Origin: the human T2T-CHM13v2.0 reference genome, Homo sapiens
NCBI RefSeq assembly: GCF_009914755.1
Contig: NC_060942.1
Length of the DNA: 64,000 nt
Direction: 5' to 3' (one strand)
The position numbers and the translations under genes are program-made. This document shows, one piece after another, positions 60,465 to 64,000 of this stretch. The notes under the pieces are model-generated. The model made no database searches. It was not told the DNA's origin and saw nothing but the letters and a program-made list of their open reading frames with translations. Position 1 is the first letter of the stretch, and every line of letters begins with the position of its first letter.

Positions 60465-61764
60465 TTATAAAAATAGAGCTAGCCACGATCAAGTTTAAAA
60501 GAAAGGAATGTGGGATTCAAAACATTATTTTTTACTTAAACGGTATTATTATTACTTTTTTTTACTGTTTACATAGTGAGACAATTGCCAGAGTTCCCTG
60601 GCAATGGACTTTAGAAATCCTACCTACCTATGTGAGATCACCTCAAGAGTTCAGTATTGTGTTTCTTACCTCCCCAAGCCTATGCTGATCTGTAACTTCT
60701 CTGTCTGTTGGCAGGGACAGGTGTTTGATATGTATGAAAAGAAAGAGCTGTCATTTGTTAAGTTCCTGGGTACTAGAGATTTTATGCTTGTTATGTAATT
60801 CCTACAAAAACACCTTGCTGTACTTATCATCTTTCATTAATTCATGTGGCATGTTTTGTAAATTCTTCAGTAGAGAGTGCACGTCTTCAGTCATTATTTG
60901 CATTGAACTGTAAATAAGAGAAAATTTTTATTTCTGACTCTGGTTTCATATTTGGTATTTTAATCAACCACACTACCTAATACAAGAGAGTTTTATGGCC
61001 TCTTGGACGTGAGTTATCACATTCTTGATAATACACGTTTGAAAAATTTCTTTTATTCTCTTCACCTTTTAGAATTCCCATTCTTCTCCTAGGGAACTAA
61101 TAAGTAACCAACCAAATACAGAAATGAAAGAACATCTGGCCCAATTTGCTCTTCATAAAAGCAGAAAAGTATTACTTCTCTATCACAAAGTGCAATTATT
61201 TTTTATTCCTGTGCACACTTCTATTTCAAAAGTGACGTTTCTTTGCAGGAAGAGTACTTTTGGTATAAACACTGTATTCTCAGGTAAAAACCAAGCTCTA
61301 CCAGGGGCAAAATGATAAGGGGGGAAAAGCATTCTCCTGGAAATACATAATCAATACGTTGTTCTTGAGTGTACCTTCTGCCAAGAGGCAGTTTTTGTTT
61401 TGGGAAGTTGAGGTACTAGGGAAAAGTAGATTTTCACTAACAACAACGAAAAAGGCAGAAAATTTGAAATAAAAAAGCAAGGGCATTTCAAAGCTGTTCA
61501 ACATTAGGTAACTAACGGACGTCAGTAGACAGGATGCAATAGAAGTAATGTGTGCTGTGATCAAAATTACCCTATAGGTGAATCTTTTCTGGATATGGAA
61601 GGTCACTTTCACTGTCCATATGATGACGAAAGGCCCGACTTCAAACAAAGATTAAGTAGAGGACTACTTGCTTGGAAAATCTTGAGAGATGAGAGGAATT
61701 TTAGAGTGACGGAATCATTGCATTAAAAGGCTGCGAAAAGCCCTAGAGAGTATCCCCTAGAATT

Positions 61765-61914
61765 TTGCTTTTCAAACCAATAATGGTCATAAGCCCTTAG
61801 TTAGTCATGAAATCCATTCAACAACAACATTAAAACATAGAACAGTACCAATATAGCAAGGTGCATTGCATGAAATAAGATTAGATATTGTTTCATGAAT
61901 ATTCTCTCTCTCTG

Positions 61915-61977
<63 letters not shown>

Positions 61978-62037
61978 CTATTTGATTTAAAATGTATTTC
62001 TCACAATGAGTCATATTAGGATGTTTAAAAACTACTA
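61765..62037 (+). mobile_element. hAT-Charlie MITE (MER112-like)
   Basis: ttttcaaac..gtcatgaaatc..gtgcattgca..tattgtttcatgaa..taaaatgtatttctcac..gtttaaaaactact. Confidence 0.6.
61902..61975. repeat. (CT)n(CA)n microsatellite
   Basis: Seen directly. Confidence 0.95.
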
Positions 62038-62049
62038 CCATAGACCTAA

Positions 62050-62290
62050 AGCTTCTTAAAAATAAGGAAGTATCTGTTTTATTACCACTAAATGTCCTAT
62101 GCCCTAGCACAGTGCCTCACCCAAACAAGGTATTCAATAAGTATTTGTTGAATGACTGCTCTTGTTCACCCCTATTATCTTACAGTCATAATGTCCAGAG
62201 AGGTAAAATGTATTTTCTAAAGTTATAATTTGGGTTAATAATCAAATCAGGGATTCTTGGTCCTGAGTCATTTTAAAATGCTTTCTTCTC
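62050..62290. mobile_element. L2 3' tail (+) followed by a MIR fragment (-)
   Basis: cctagcacagtgcct..ttcaataagtatttgttgaatga; then tatcttacag..ccagagaggtaaaatg. Confidence 0.65.
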
Positions 62291-63249
62291 CACGCTTCAA
62301 AAAATTACTGGTATAATTGTCATTGCATTATCGACTTAAACAATTTTCCCTTGATTCGATCATTTCCAGTTCCCCCTGGGTCTACTCACCATTGCTGTTC
62401 CCCTTCGCCTTGGAATAACTGGCTCAGAACTTGATATCTGTCCTCAGACCACTTGTCATCATTCTTTTCATAGTATCCTTCATTTTGGCCCCTGTCGTGT
62501 TGTCCTAAACTTCTAACTCCACAACCTAGACATGCTTATCATTAACTCATAATTTTTCTATTCATTTTACTCAGTTATGATCGTACCACACTGATCATTT
62601 TGCATTCCGCTTTTTTCTACTAATATTTTGAATGATGGTGTGTTTAATGACAATGAAATGCCTGTAGAAAAAAGACTCAAAAATAGAGTGGCTTTTCAGA
62701 AGACCAGTTTGGTAAAAGAAATTGAGTTGTAGAAATCACTATTTTTTTTTTTTTTTTGCAAGAGCAAAGCAGATGGTTGTTGATATCAGGGTATTGAAAC
62801 CCAGTGGCTGTTATATGTCAGAGTAACTTACAGTGAATGCCAACAATCTTCTTTTCCTAATTGCTGCTGCTCAACATGATGGCATTGTTCAGTCTGGAAT
62901 CCCTCTCCACTCCCTCTCCAGGGATAAGCAGCTGACAGCTCTAAGGGGGCAGGATGGATTCCCATCAGATAGCAAGGTGGAGTAGTTATGTGTGCTGGTG
63001 GGGGAAATGCACTCTCTGCTTTGTATTTGGGTCTTGTTTTGGGGACTGGTAACTTCTTCCTGTTTTGATAAATATATAAATAACTCTAAGTATCAGGAGA
63101 GACAGTAACTTAGGCTTCTTAAAGAACGGAGGGTTTTTCATAAGAATTAAACATTTTTTAAAAAAGAATAAAGGATTTTTACTCAGAGATGAAAAATGTT
63201 TGTTTCTCAAATGAAATGTCACATTATAATTTTAATAAAGGGCATCAGA

Positions 63250-63365
63250 TTAGAAGTAAGGGGATTTGAGTTTAACTCCTGGCTCTATCTCCTGTGGATT
63301 TGGGACCCATCACTTTCTATGTTTAAACCTCAGCTTTCATATCTGCAAAATGAACGTTTGACAAG
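63250..63365 (+). mobile_element. MIR fragment
   Basis: gagtttaactcctggctct..aacctcagctttcatatctgcaaaatg. Confidence 0.7.
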
Positions 63366-63367
63366 AC

Positions 63368-63549
63368 CATTGGTTCTGAACCCTGAATAAACATCAGAAT
63401 CACCTAGATAATTTGCAAGAATAAGCTGATGCATGCGCTCCACTTAGAGATATTCTGATTTAATTAGATTAGAATGGGGTCCAGCATTTGGTATCAACAC
63501 TAAGTTGTTCAGGTTATTGCAATGTACAGTAAGGGCTAGATGACCTCTA
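63368..63549. mobile_element. MER5A/B hAT-Charlie MITE
   Basis: cattggttctgaaccct..catcagaatcacct..attctgatttaatt..aggttattgcaatgtacag. Confidence 0.75.
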
Positions 63550-63599
63550 GAGGCCTTTGAAGCTCTAATATACTATGATAATTACAGTGAAAGCACTAT

Positions 63600-63950
63600 T
63601 AGGTATTAGGCAGAGCACTTTTTAGTTGTGGCAGAAATACAATGCAAACTAGAATAAGGGGAAAAATGAAATTTAGTGGCTCCTAACTTCAGGGCTCCCT
63701 TTTCTCCCCAGTTTGAACTTCGTTTTCTTCTGTGGTTTGATCTGTTTTCTCCTTGATGCAGTTCGGATACTGCATGTGCTAAAGAAAGTTGGCAGCCCTG
63801 GATTCACCTCCTTCAGATTTTCCAGTGGAAAAAGGAGCTGGTTCCTGCTAATATCTGCATATCAACTCTAGAGAAATGCTTTGATTGGCCTTGCTTGGAT
63901 AGTTCCCTTTCTTTGTGAATTGGGTTGTATGACTGACAGTCCCATTATAC
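63600..63950 (-). mobile_element. Old MLT1 (K/L-like) LTR
   Basis: ttagttgtggcagaaa..caaactag..aatttagtggctc..ctttgattggccttgcttggat. Confidence 0.55.
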
Positions 63951-64000
63951 AGCAGTGGTGGAAGTGTACCATCCAGATATCCCTTTCAGAGAATCTGCTG

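Noticed and set aside
60584-60605. Inverted repeat attgccag-N6-ctggcaat
   Set aside because: An 8-bp stem is expected by chance in 64 kb, and the geometry fits neither NFI nor RFX
61298-61648. Hydrophobic 116-aa ORF resembling a membrane protein
   Set aside because: TTG start; hydrophobicity follows from the T-rich strand; no family recognised
61590-61650. Hammerhead ribozyme or C/D snoRNA (ATGATGAC-GAAA after a stem)
   Set aside because: The core needs CUGANGA-stem II-GAAA. Here C3 is A and there is no stem II, and I see no suitably placed CTGA D box with a terminal stem.

Overview
This window is repeat-dense, AT-rich, non-coding DNA from a catarrhine primate (human-like: AluY, young L1PA, MER11 and THE1 are present). 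I found no protein-coding gene, processed pseudogene, tRNA/rRNA/snRNA or CpG island. The longer ORFs in the track are remnants or antisense frames of L1, L2, Alu and LTR elements. Main contents: (1) a near full-length, decayed L1PA17/L1PB4-like element (47.75-55.9 kb) carrying nested MER1B+AluY and MSTA+AluS; (2) a twin-primed, 5'-inverted L1PA (30.5-32.8 kb); (3) several truncated L1s, about a dozen Alus, many solo LTRs (MER11, THE1, MST, MLT1/2, ERV1/ERVL), L2/MIR fossils and hAT/Tigger MITEs. The unique stretches hold a strong CTCF motif (22.2 kb), candidate enhancers (15-16, 34.4 and 38.9-39.6 kb), possible non-coding exons, and an unexplained ancient ~115-bp tandem repeat split by later insertions. 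I did not find a convincing new biological system; the findings are modest structural and regulatory observations. Subfamily names come from recalled consensus sequences and should be confirmed with RepeatMasker/Dfam.
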